Shown piece after piece: positions 20,501 to 27,486 of a stretch of DNA of 51,395 nt. The notes under the pieces are model-generated. The model had not been told where the DNA came from. It ran no database searches and saw only the letters and a program-made list of their open reading frames with translations. Position numbers and translations under genes: made by a program. The DNA lies in NCBI GenBank assembly GCA_964652125.1, contig CAZZAE010000003.1, positions 1 through 51,395 on the forward strand, written 5' to 3'. How positions within the stretch are numbered: the stretch's first letter is position 1; each line of letters begins with the position of its first letter. The stretch comes from an uncultured Candidatus Saccharibacteria bacterium (GTDB lineage Bacteria; Patescibacteriota; Saccharimonadia; Saccharimonadales; JANWIN01).

Positions 20501-21168
20501 AGCGTGATTTGCTTGGCATTTATTTATCTCAACACCCCTTGCAACGCTTCACCTCAACCCTTATCAAAAGAGCAAAACCGATTGATTCACTCACGAATGT
20601 GGTTGAAGGCAAAAGTGTAGATATTGGAGGTATTATTACCACAACTCGAGAGATTACTACTAAAAATGGCCAAAAAATGGCTTTTGTCCGTCTCGCCGAC
20701 CTGAGTGGTGAAATTGAATTAGTTCTATTCCCGAAAGTATATCAACAAGCGGTAGAGCTTTGGCAACGAGATAAGGTTCTATTAGTGCGAGGTAAAACTA
20801 GCCGACGAGGTCAAAACGGCGATTCGGAGCTTAAGATTATGGTTGACAGTGCAAGTGAGCTAACCCAAGAAGATGCTGACGCAGATGCTGATACAAAAAA
20901 ACCAAAAAAAGTTATAAATAAAACTACTACACAATCGACCAAAGATCCCAGAGTCTATATACGACTACCTAGTAGTGAGGACCAAGCGACTTTAATAAAT
21001 ATAAAAGAGATTGTCGATAACCATGCTGGTGCTACTGATGTCGTGTTGGTTATGGGTGCCGGCCCTAGTCAACAAGCTATAAAACTTCCTATGAGAATCG
21101 ACAGAGGAGATGCAACTATTGAGCAATTGACTTCACTAGTTGGTGCCGATAATGTCAAAGTCCAGTAA
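17572..21168 (+). CDS. dnaE: DNA polymerase III alpha subunit
   Basis: PHP motif HLHNHSQYSLLDG, polymerase core and OB fold, plus a roughly 100-aa C-terminal extension. AAGAGGGG RBS. Confidence 0.96.
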   Translation: MPKQKLQASDYVHLHNHSQYSLLDGLTKIPALIDTVKELGMEAVAITDHGTLSGVIEFYKAAKAGGIKPIIGIETYVAPRKHTDKEPTKDKNSYHLTLLAMNNQGYQNLMRLSTIANLDGYYYRPRIDHDLLQRYSDGLIVLSGCIGGEVSDALRQNQYQQAKKAAKWYKQVFGDRYYLEVQDHGHPEHTSMWEEQAVVTEQTFKLAEELDLPCVVTCDAHYLKPSDQEAHEILLCVQTGSYLSDETRMSLKNFELHVTDPQKIINRWGPKRPETITNSKAIADRCNVELELNKILIPKFPLPRGATEKSYLRRQVYRGLAWRYGGKSEEQAETLDEVEVKQNLPLDIIVRAEYELNVINEMRFNAFFLIIADFINWGKDRGIVFGPGRGSAASSIISFALKITELDPMKYDLLFERFLNPDRISMPDFDIDIQDTNRGEVIQYCANKYGTDRVANIVTFGKMAARNAVRDVARVLQVPYSEADRWAKMIPPPIQGRHVLLETSLKDDLNLKQEYETNQQAKRVFDMAVQLEGTIRSHGVHAAAVVIAPDDIVSYAPLEMAQKGVVTTQYSMGPIEDIGLLKIDFLGLSNLTTIKNALRIIKKVYKQDIDINKLPLNDTATFDLLQSGDTTGVFQLESSGMKRYLKELKPTVFEDIIAMVALYRPGPMQWIEDFIARKHGRREITYIHEAMAPALKNTYGVIVYQEQVMQISKEMCGFSGGQADTLRKAIGKKDPTVLAKLKGDFIEGAIKKVGADRKLMDKFWGQLEDFAAYCFNKAHAACYGLIAYQTAYLKAHYPDAFMAALMTSDFDNTDRLAIEISECEHMGIEVLAPDVNESFVEFAIVPNAQKIRFGLAAVKNVGTGAVEEILRARENAGGFENLESFFTSVNTRVANRKTMESLIKSGALDSFGDRGHLLNNLDNLLAYSSRVQKQQESGQTNLFVSVKDAVVVEDLSPKLTLDTQGPVYALNEQLQWERDLLGIYLSQHPLQRFTSTLIKRAKPIDSLTNVVEGKSVDIGGIITTTREITTKNGQKMAFVRLADLSGEIELVLFPKVYQQAVELWQRDKVLLVRGKTSRRGQNGDSELKIMVDSASELTQEDADADADTKKPKKVINKTTTQSTKDPRVYIRLPSSEDQATLINIKEIVDNHAGATDVVLVMGAGPSQQAIKLPMRIDRGDATIEQLTSLVGADNVKVQ

Positions 21169-21180
21169 AAAACTAATTTA

Positions 21181-22179
21181 TTAACGAATGTAGCCAGCGG
21201 TTTGGCTAACAATAATACTCAGACCCATTAAGCTAATAATAGTGACGTCAAAAATTGCATGGTGAAGCACGTATCGCTCGCCCCGGCGTAGCCATTTGTG
21301 CAAGGCAATCGAATGGCGAGTAACTAAAGCGACAACGGAAAAGACAAAAGTAATATAAGCAAAAGTAGCCAACCATGGCAGTGAACCCCTTGCTATAATA
21401 CCTGCCCGAGAAACACTTATCTGAGCTGGTTCGACGACCGGAGCAGTGCTTGGTGATAAGGTCTGAACTGGAGCAGAAGTTTTCTTAGCAGGTTGCTTCT
21501 TAACGGTGGCTGTGGGCGCTTTGACTTGACTGGTGGCTGCCTTAGTTTGCGGTGAAGCTGTCGGTGCACTCGAGTTAACAACCGCAGCGGGCGTTGCGAC
21601 TAAGGGCTGAGCATACATAGCCACGACTATTGTCTCGGGTCCACTATTTTGGTAGTTACTAGAGTTGGCAAAGCCAAATCCGACATCAACAAAGTTTTTA
21701 TTTAACATATTAGCTTTATGTTCCGGACTATTCATCCAACCGGCGACGGTATCTTCACTTGTAATAAAACCGTAAGCTAGATTTTCACCTGCTGATTTAT
21801 ATTGATAGCCAGCATTGGTAATAAAGACCCAAGGGGGGTTACCTTCTGGAGTATTGTGAGACCAGTAATTGCGCGTCGCCATATCATTGGCTTTGGTTTG
21901 GGCAGCTTGATCTAGCTGAGCATTCAAATTGAGAGCTGCAACGTGGTAATCGGATCTGTCATGGTTAGTAGCTTGAAGCAAACTACTTCGGCTCATACTG
22001 GTGGCATAGGCTAGCACGCCGCGGTGGACTTTAGGTTGCCAAGACACACTAAATACCAATGACACACCTAATATGACTGCCAATGGCATATAAGGCCAGT
22101 AAACTTTTAGAAAGTGTCTGGTGTGTTTTTGATGTTTGCCGTGTCTTTTGTGTTCGCTTGTTGCTCTTTGTGCAACCAT
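21181..22179 (-). CDS. membrane-anchored CAP (SCP/PR-1) domain protein
   Basis: N-terminal TM segment. CAP motifs YWSHNTPEG, GENLAYG and GWMNSPEHKANML. Then an A/P/T/S/Q linker and two C-terminal TM segments. Confidence 0.75.
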   Translation of the reverse strand: MVAQRATSEHKRHGKHQKHTRHFLKVYWPYMPLAVILGVSLVFSVSWQPKVHRGVLAYATSMSRSSLLQATNHDRSDYHVAALNLNAQLDQAAQTKANDMATRNYWSHNTPEGNPPWVFITNAGYQYKSAGENLAYGFITSEDTVAGWMNSPEHKANMLNKNFVDVGFGFANSSNYQNSGPETIVVAMYAQPLVATPAAVVNSSAPTASPQTKAATSQVKAPTATVKKQPAKKTSAPVQTLSPSTAPVVEPAQISVSRAGIIARGSLPWLATFAYITFVFSVVALVTRHSIALHKWLRRGERYVLHHAIFDVTIISLMGLSIIVSQTAGYIR

Positions 22180-22188
22180 AACAAGTAT

Positions 22189-22194
22189 ATTATA
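22189..22194 (-). promoter_or_regulatory. -10 box TATAAT 9 nt upstream of the CAP gene ATG
   Basis: The minus strand reads TATAAT-atacttgtt-ATG. No SD. Confidence 0.3.
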
Positions 22195-22224
22195 GCCGTT
22201 ATTTGATTATTTGGGAAAGTTTAT

Positions 22225-22848
22225 TTAATCTTTGAGTAATGTAAAATAGTAACCAGTGGCCAAGACAAAGGCAGCCAGTGCTATCCAGCCATACCAGGTC
22301 AACTTATCAAAAGTACTCTTAGACTTATTCGTCTGAGTATTACTAGTTTGTTTGCTAGGAGTTTTGGTTGTTGCGCTAGAGGTTTTTGAAGTTGCCACTG
22401 CTTGAGCTTTAGTTTTATTAGTCGGGTTTAATCCATCTAAATCAAAGCTTGCCAGTTGTGCCCAAGCATTCCAGGAAGCCTGTTGAGCTGTTGTTAATTT
22501 GCGGCCACTAGCAATATATTTTTGAAGTGTATTAAAGGGTACGTTAACGGACTCACCAACATTGAGTAGATGTCCACCGATTTTCTGAACTGTATTAGTT
22601 TCGCAGTACATGGCCATTGCTGGAGTCAACTTAATTTTCTTGGCTGCTGCATAGAGTTGTATTGAACGACGGACCATAATGCTCATATTGTCACCAGGTC
22701 GAGCTATATAGGTGTAAGCGACCGGCGGACTTGTGCTTGTCGCCTGAGTAGTAGCTGCACTTGCATGAACGGGATGAATAAATAAGACTACGCTAGCAAA
22801 TACTAAAGCTAAAAAAAGACTTTTGTTAGTTAATAATTTTGTTTTCAT
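22225..22848 (-). CDS. secreted LysM-like protein with C-terminal membrane anchor
   Basis: Signal peptide ending VHA-SA, a LysM-like segment (YIARPGDNMS...VGESVNVP), a T/S/K-rich linker and a C-terminal TM segment. GGAGG RBS. Confidence 0.5.
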   Translation of the reverse strand: MKTKLLTNKSLFLALVFASVVLFIHPVHASAATTQATSTSPPVAYTYIARPGDNMSIMVRRSIQLYAAAKKIKLTPAMAMYCETNTVQKIGGHLLNVGESVNVPFNTLQKYIASGRKLTTAQQASWNAWAQLASFDLDGLNPTNKTKAQAVATSKTSSATTKTPSKQTSNTQTNKSKSTFDKLTWYGWIALAAFVLATGYYFTLLKD

Positions 22849-22928
22849 AGCGGGACCTCCAAAGTTAATGATGCCCCACCGCTTATGCCTTTAGATTAAC
22901 GTGTCTTTTATTTATTTGCAATGATATT

Positions 22929-23423
22929 TTATAAAAATCTTAAATGATAAAGTGCCATGGCAGCCGCCGCGGCAACATTAAACGATTCTTTATGACCAAA
23001 CATTGGTATTTGTAATATTTTTTGACTAACATTTAGGATCTCTGGTTCAATACCCTCTACTTCGCGGCCGATAATAAGAGCAATTTTATCTGGTGGTTTA
23101 AACGTTGGCAAACTTTCTGATTTAGGAGCTTGTTCAAGAGAACAGATTAAATAATTTTGACCTTGTAAATCGCTAATTAGCTGAAATATATCTGAGCTAT
23201 GCTCTATATTACTTTGGCCTTCAGCCCCCAGAGCAGTTTTTGATATCTGGTTGTGAACTTTATTGGCAATGTGAGGTAGGCGGGCATCACCTTTGAGTTT
23301 GGGATAAGGCGTATAGCCGCTAAGATAAATTTTACTTACTCCTAATCCTTCTCCAGTTCTAAGCAAAGATCCGACGTTGTGGGCACTTCGTAAATTGTGT
23401 GCTATCAAGACAATATCGCGCAT
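22929..23423 (-). CDS. SpoU/TrmH-family RNA 2'-O-methyltransferase
   Basis: HNVGSLLRT, IGREVEGI and IPMFGHKESFNVAAAAAMALY motifs. Confidence 0.85.
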   Translation of the reverse strand: MRDIVLIAHNLRSAHNVGSLLRTGEGLGVSKIYLSGYTPYPKLKGDARLPHIANKVHNQISKTALGAEGQSNIEHSSDIFQLISDLQGQNYLICSLEQAPKSESLPTFKPPDKIALIIGREVEGIEPEILNVSQKILQIPMFGHKESFNVAAAAAMALYHLRFL

Positions 23424-23429
23424 AGCGAC

Positions 23430-23438
23430 AGTCTATCA
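23430..23438 (-). promoter_or_regulatory. extended -10 (TGaTAGACT) 6 nt upstream of the SpoU-methylase ATG
   Basis: The minus strand reads TGATAGACT-gtcgct-ATG. Confidence 0.4.
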
Positions 23439-23502
23439 GCTTGACTGACTGCGAACAAAGAATAACTGGGGCTAGGCGACCAGTAGGTGGTTATGCTTAA
23501 AT

Positions 23503-25113
23503 ATGCGTATGTCACAAGATGCTCGACTCGATGAAGAACAAGCTACAGCTCGGCGAGCCCAACTTCTAGGGTTAGCCTATATCGACGCCTCGCAAATTTC
23601 CAACAAGCAATTGTTCAAAGAAATTTTAGCTAATCCAGAACTAGATTCACTAAGAGCAATACCAATTCGGTCTGATGCTCACAATATAACGTTTGGTGTT
23701 ACAAATACGACTTCGCAACAAACTATGGCTAGCTTGCGCCAACGTTTTGCCGATCAGCAAGTTAATTTTGCGCTTATCTCAGATGCCAGTTTTCGTGAAT
23801 ACATCAAACTATATAATCCCCCAAAAAAGGTTGTCTACGAGGAAATCCAAATCAATTCGGCCGGTAGCGACGATTTAATAACTAAAGTATCAGCAACTTT
23901 GGATCAAGTACGAGCTGACGATATGTTAGCTTATTTAGTTCAGCAAGCTCACCGATTAAAAGCTTCGGATATTCACTTTGAAAATCAAAAAGAATTTGTC
24001 CGAATCAGGTTCCGTATTGATGGTGTGCTTCATCCTGTCGCTCGTCTTAGCCGAGAAAAGAGCCACATGTTAATTTCAGCCATTGCTAGTGCAGGTAATA
24101 TTTCTACATCGGCCAACGAAGCCCAGCAAGGTCATATCGTTCAAAAAGTTCATATGGCGGACGGAGGGGAAGTCGATATCAACCTGCGAGTGGAAACCGT
24201 GCCAGCTATAAATGGTATGGATATTGTCATGCGATTATTCAATCTAGATAAAACAATGTTTACTCTAGACAAACTTGGACTTTCGGATAAAGAGAGGGAA
24301 TTGGTCCAGAGTATTATTAACAAACCTAGCGGCTTGTTATTGGCTGTTGGACCAACCGGTTCAGGAAAAACTACGACACTTTATTCGGTTTTAAATTCTC
24401 TCAATAATCAAGAACGCAAAATTATTACCATTGAAGATCCGGTTGAATACCAATTTGATGGCATTACTCAAATATCTATTAATCCAAAAACTACTGGGCA
24501 AGCAGATTTTGCTGAAAAACTGCGATCGGTACTAAGGCTTGATCCTGATGTTGTTATGGTCGGCGAAATCCGCGATATGGATACGGCCCGGACGGCTCTG
24601 CAGGCATCGCTGACTGGTCATTTGGTGCTGTCGACTTTTCACGCCGGCTCAGCATCAGCAGCTCTAACTCGGCTTATGAATATTATTGGAGAAAATCCAT
24701 TGTTTATATCTGCGATTCGTTTAATCATGGCTCAAAGATTGGTTAGACGACTTGATGACACCCTCAAACAACCCTACACACCAGACCAACAAACGATCGG
24801 GATAATCAAACAAGTGTTGGATACACTGCCTACTGGAGTTGACAAGCCAAGCTTAGAAAATCTGCAACTTTACAAACCTGGTACATCTACAGAAAATCCT
24901 TACGGCTTTAGTGGGCAGATAGCTCTAAGAGAACAATTTATAATGGCCGGAGAAGTCGATAGTCTACTGCGCCAAGCCGGAAAAAGCATTTCCACGGAGG
25001 AGATCGAGGCAGCAGCTATTAAGAGCGGAATGACAACTATGCTACAAGACGGAGTTTTGAAAATGATTAAGGGACTAACTAGCTTTGAAGAAGTCTATAG
25101 AGTAGTTGGTTAG
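23503..25113 (+). CDS. pilB: type II/IV secretion (type IV pilus) assembly ATPase, GspE/PilB family
   Basis: Walker A GPTGSGKTTTLY, Walker B DPDVVMVGEIRD, His box TGHLVLSTFH. The alternative start ATG 23509 lies 6 nt downstream of TGcTTAAAT (23494..23502). Confidence 0.9.
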   Translation: MRMSQDARLDEEQATARRAQLLGLAYIDASQISNKQLFKEILANPELDSLRAIPIRSDAHNITFGVTNTTSQQTMASLRQRFADQQVNFALISDASFREYIKLYNPPKKVVYEEIQINSAGSDDLITKVSATLDQVRADDMLAYLVQQAHRLKASDIHFENQKEFVRIRFRIDGVLHPVARLSREKSHMLISAIASAGNISTSANEAQQGHIVQKVHMADGGEVDINLRVETVPAINGMDIVMRLFNLDKTMFTLDKLGLSDKERELVQSIINKPSGLLLAVGPTGSGKTTTLYSVLNSLNNQERKIITIEDPVEYQFDGITQISINPKTTGQADFAEKLRSVLRLDPDVVMVGEIRDMDTARTALQASLTGHLVLSTFHAGSASAALTRLMNIIGENPLFISAIRLIMAQRLVRRLDDTLKQPYTPDQQTIGIIKQVLDTLPTGVDKPSLENLQLYKPGTSTENPYGFSGQIALREQFIMAGEVDSLLRQAGKSISTEEIEAAAIKSGMTTMLQDGVLKMIKGLTSFEEVYRVVG

Positions 25114-26240
25114 ACAATTACTTTTGCAATCGCTGGCACGAGTTGTTTGTCTAAAACGCTAGGGATTATATTTTTAGCAGTTGGCTTTTTTACTAAGTTG
25201 GCTATTGCCTCTGCTGCGGCAATTTTATGCTTGTCTGTAATTTTAGCGACATTATTATCCAAAGCCCCTCTAAATATTCCCGGGAAAGCCAATACGTTAT
25301 TTATTTGATTTGGAAAATCACTTCTACCAGTAGCTACTACCATTGCTCCGGCTCCAATTGCAACGTCGGGCATAATTTCTGGTGTAGGGTTAGCCATTGC
25401 GAAGACGATCGATTTTGGAGACATACTCCCTATATTCTCAGCACTTAGTAAGTTGGCTCGAGATAGACCAATAATTACATCCGAACCTTTAATAGCATCA
25501 CTAATTGAACCAGGCTTTTGATTACTTGAAAATTTAAGCAATAACCGTTTTTCTTCGTTTAAATCTATGCGTGATGATTCGATTATACCTTTACTATCAA
25601 CTGCAACTATTTCAGGCTTGGCATATTTGTAAAGTAACTTAGATACAGCTACGCCGGCTGCTCCAGCCCCAATAATTACAATTTTACAATCAGACATTTT
25701 TTTACCTGTAACTTTCATAGCATTGATTAGACCCGCTAATACAACTACTGCTGTTCCGTGTTGGTCGTCGTGCATGACTGGGATGTCAAGCTCTGATTTA
25801 AGCCGCTCTTCAACTTCAAAACATTTTGGTGCGGCAATATCTTCTAGATTGATAGCTCCAAAACTAGGAGCAATAGCTTTAACAACGTCGACTATTTCAT
25901 CTGCAGTGTGAACGTTTAAGACAATAGGTACGGCGTCAATATTGGCAAATTCTTTGAAGATCATAGCTTTACCTTCCATGACTGGCATACCACCGTAGGG
26001 TCCAATATCTCCAAGCCCTAAAACCGCCGAACCGTCACTAACTACAGCTAGGTTATTGTTTATCCATGAGTATGGTTTCAAAGCTTCACGTCCGGCAGCA
26101 GATTCACTCGCTACTCCACCCATACCAGGTGTATAGTAAGCACTTAGTTTCTCTCGAGTATCAAGGGAATCTCTGGCAACGATACTAATCTTACCCTTAT
26201 GCTGCCTGTGTAGTTTCTTTGAAAGTTCATATATATCCAT
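25110..26240 (-). CDS. maeB: NAD(P)-dependent malic enzyme (short form)
   Basis: YTPGMG, VVSDGSAVLGLGDIGP and IIGAGAAGVA. Start MDIYELSKK at 26240 is preferred over the 26303 ORF start because TACAAT lies 6 nt upstream and the rplS promoter occupies 26296..26304. Confidence 0.9.
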   Translation of the reverse strand: MDIYELSKKLHRQHKGKISIVARDSLDTREKLSAYYTPGMGGVASESAAGREALKPYSWINNNLAVVSDGSAVLGLGDIGPYGGMPVMEGKAMIFKEFANIDAVPIVLNVHTADEIVDVVKAIAPSFGAINLEDIAAPKCFEVEERLKSELDIPVMHDDQHGTAVVVLAGLINAMKVTGKKMSDCKIVIIGAGAAGVAVSKLLYKYAKPEIVAVDSKGIIESSRIDLNEEKRLLLKFSSNQKPGSISDAIKGSDVIIGLSRANLLSAENIGSMSPKSIVFAMANPTPEIMPDVAIGAGAMVVATGRSDFPNQINNVLAFPGIFRGALDNNVAKITDKHKIAAAEAIANLVKKPTAKNIIPSVLDKQLVPAIAKVIV

Positions 26241-26246
26241 ATCTCT

Positions 26247-26252
26247 ATTGTA
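26247..26252 (-). promoter_or_regulatory. -10 box TACAAT 6 nt upstream of the malic enzyme ATG
   Basis: The minus strand reads TACAAT-agagat-ATG. Confidence 0.35.
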
Positions 26253-26295
26253 GGTGATTTGGGAGCGATAAGGTGTTTCATTCTCACAACAGATA

Positions 26296-26304
26296 TGGTA
26301 CAAT
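26296..26304 (+). promoter_or_regulatory. extended -10 (TGgTACAAT) for rplS, leadered
   Basis: About 37 nt upstream of ATG 26342, with a TAAGG RBS in the leader. Confidence 0.45.
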
Positions 26305-26341
26305 TGACCGAAGTTATTAAATAGTGTAAGGTTATTTGGTT

Positions 26342-26872
26342 ATGCAATCTGTAATTGCCAAAATTGAGGAAAAGTACAAAAAGAGCCAGGTCGTTGATGT
26401 TATGCCTGGTGATACTGTCCGTGTCCACCAAAAAATTCGTGAAGGCAATAAAGAGCGCGTTCAGATATTTGAAGGCTTAGTAATTAGAGCAAGTCGAAAA
26501 GCTAGCCATACTGCAATGATTACAGTTCGACGCATTGCCAGCGGAGTAGGTGTAGAGAAAACCTACTTACTACATTCACCTCTTGTTCTAAAAGTTGAAG
26601 TCACCAAACGAAGTAAGGTTCGTCGCAATTACTTAACTTATATGCGTAAACGTACTGGAAAATCTGCTCGATTAACTGGTGTAGCTTTCGATCGCGAAAG
26701 TGTTAACACGATTCATGATGAGCAAGCTGAAGCTGAAGAAGAAAAGCTGCATGAAAAAGTAGCCGCTGAAGCTGAAGCCAAAGCTGCCAAAGAAGCTGAA
26801 GCTAAAGCCAAAGAAGATGCTAAGGCAGAGGCCGCTCTTGCCCGCCACAAAGAGAAATCCGAAGAAGAATAA
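26342..26872 (+). CDS. rplS: 50S ribosomal protein L19 with an A/E/K-rich C-terminal extension
   Basis: PGDTVRVHQKIREGNKERVQIFEGLVI and the L19 core. About 60 extra residues of AEAKAAKEAEAKAKE type. The ORF track starts at TTG 26336; ATG 26342 is preferred. Confidence 0.93.
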   Translation: MQSVIAKIEEKYKKSQVVDVMPGDTVRVHQKIREGNKERVQIFEGLVIRASRKASHTAMITVRRIASGVGVEKTYLLHSPLVLKVEVTKRSKVRRNYLTYMRKRTGKSARLTGVAFDRESVNTIHDEQAEAEEEKLHEKVAAEAEAKAAKEAEAKAKEDAKAEAALARHKEKSEEE

Positions 26873-26897
26873 TTTTAGCTAAAATCTAGTCAGCTCC

Positions 26898-26906
26898 TGC
26901 TACTAT
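26898..26906 (+). promoter_or_regulatory. extended -10 (TGcTACTAT) 7 nt upstream of the rnhB ATG
   Basis: TGCTACTAT-gtaagat-ATG at 26914. No SD. Confidence 0.45.
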
Positions 26907-26913
26907 GTAAGAT

Positions 26914-27486
26914 ATGAGAATTATTGGAATTGATGAGGTGGGTAGAGGCAGTTGGGCTGGGCCGTTGTTAGTCGTGGCAGCTAGGGCTACGGCAACGCTA
27001 CCGGATGGACTTGCCGATTCAAAAACATTGTCTAAGAGTAGGCGTGATCTTTTATTTGATGAAATAAAGCTAACATGCCAACTTGGAGAAGGTTGGGCTG
27101 AGCCTGAGGAAATAGATTCTCTCGGTTTAACTCAAGCAACTCGTATTGCAGTTAGCCGCGCCCTTATTATGCTAGGGCCAAGTTTTGATAATAAAATTAT
27201 TATGGATGGAAATTATAATTACTGCCCTGAGGAATTTACAAATGTGCAATGCATAGTTGGTGCCGATAATATTCATCCGATTGTTAGTGCAGCTAGCATA
27301 TATGCAAAAGTATTAAGAGATAGGCATATGTTTCGTATTGCTCAGCTTTACCCAGCATACGGTTTTGATAAACATGTTGGTTACGGAACGCATTTGCATG
27401 AATTGATGCTGAGAGTTCATGGCCCAACCGCCATCCACAGAAAAAGCTACTCACCTGTCAAAAAATTACTTGAGCGAATTGGCTAG
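26914..27486 (+). CDS. rnhB: ribonuclease HII
   Basis: GIDEVGRGSWAGPL active-site motif and DSK. 190 aa. Confidence 0.9.
   Translation: MRIIGIDEVGRGSWAGPLLVVAARATATLPDGLADSKTLSKSRRDLLFDEIKLTCQLGEGWAEPEEIDSLGLTQATRIAVSRALIMLGPSFDNKIIMDGNYNYCPEEFTNVQCIVGADNIHPIVSAASIYAKVLRDRHMFRIAQLYPAYGFDKHVGYGTHLHELMLRVHGPTAIHRKSYSPVKKLLERIG

Noticed and set aside
26241-26431. Longer N-terminal version of the malic enzyme (start 26303) and the overlapping ORF 26144..26431
   Set aside because: The extension (MYHICCENETPYRSQITYNRD) has no counterpart in malic enzymes and would cover the rplS promoter. ATG 26240 has TACAAT 6 nt upstream.
26730-26840. Imperfect tandem DNA repeats (gctgaagct / gccaaagct), considered as a possible repeat element or CRISPR-like array
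   Set aside because: They are in frame within rplS and encode an AEAK low-complexity tail. There is no spacer-repeat organisation.
26873-26884. The 12-nt perfect palindrome TTTTAGCTAAAA after rplS, considered as a terminator
   Set aside because: It is almost entirely A/T with a 4-nt centre. The stem is too weak and there is no distinct U tract beyond the palindrome.
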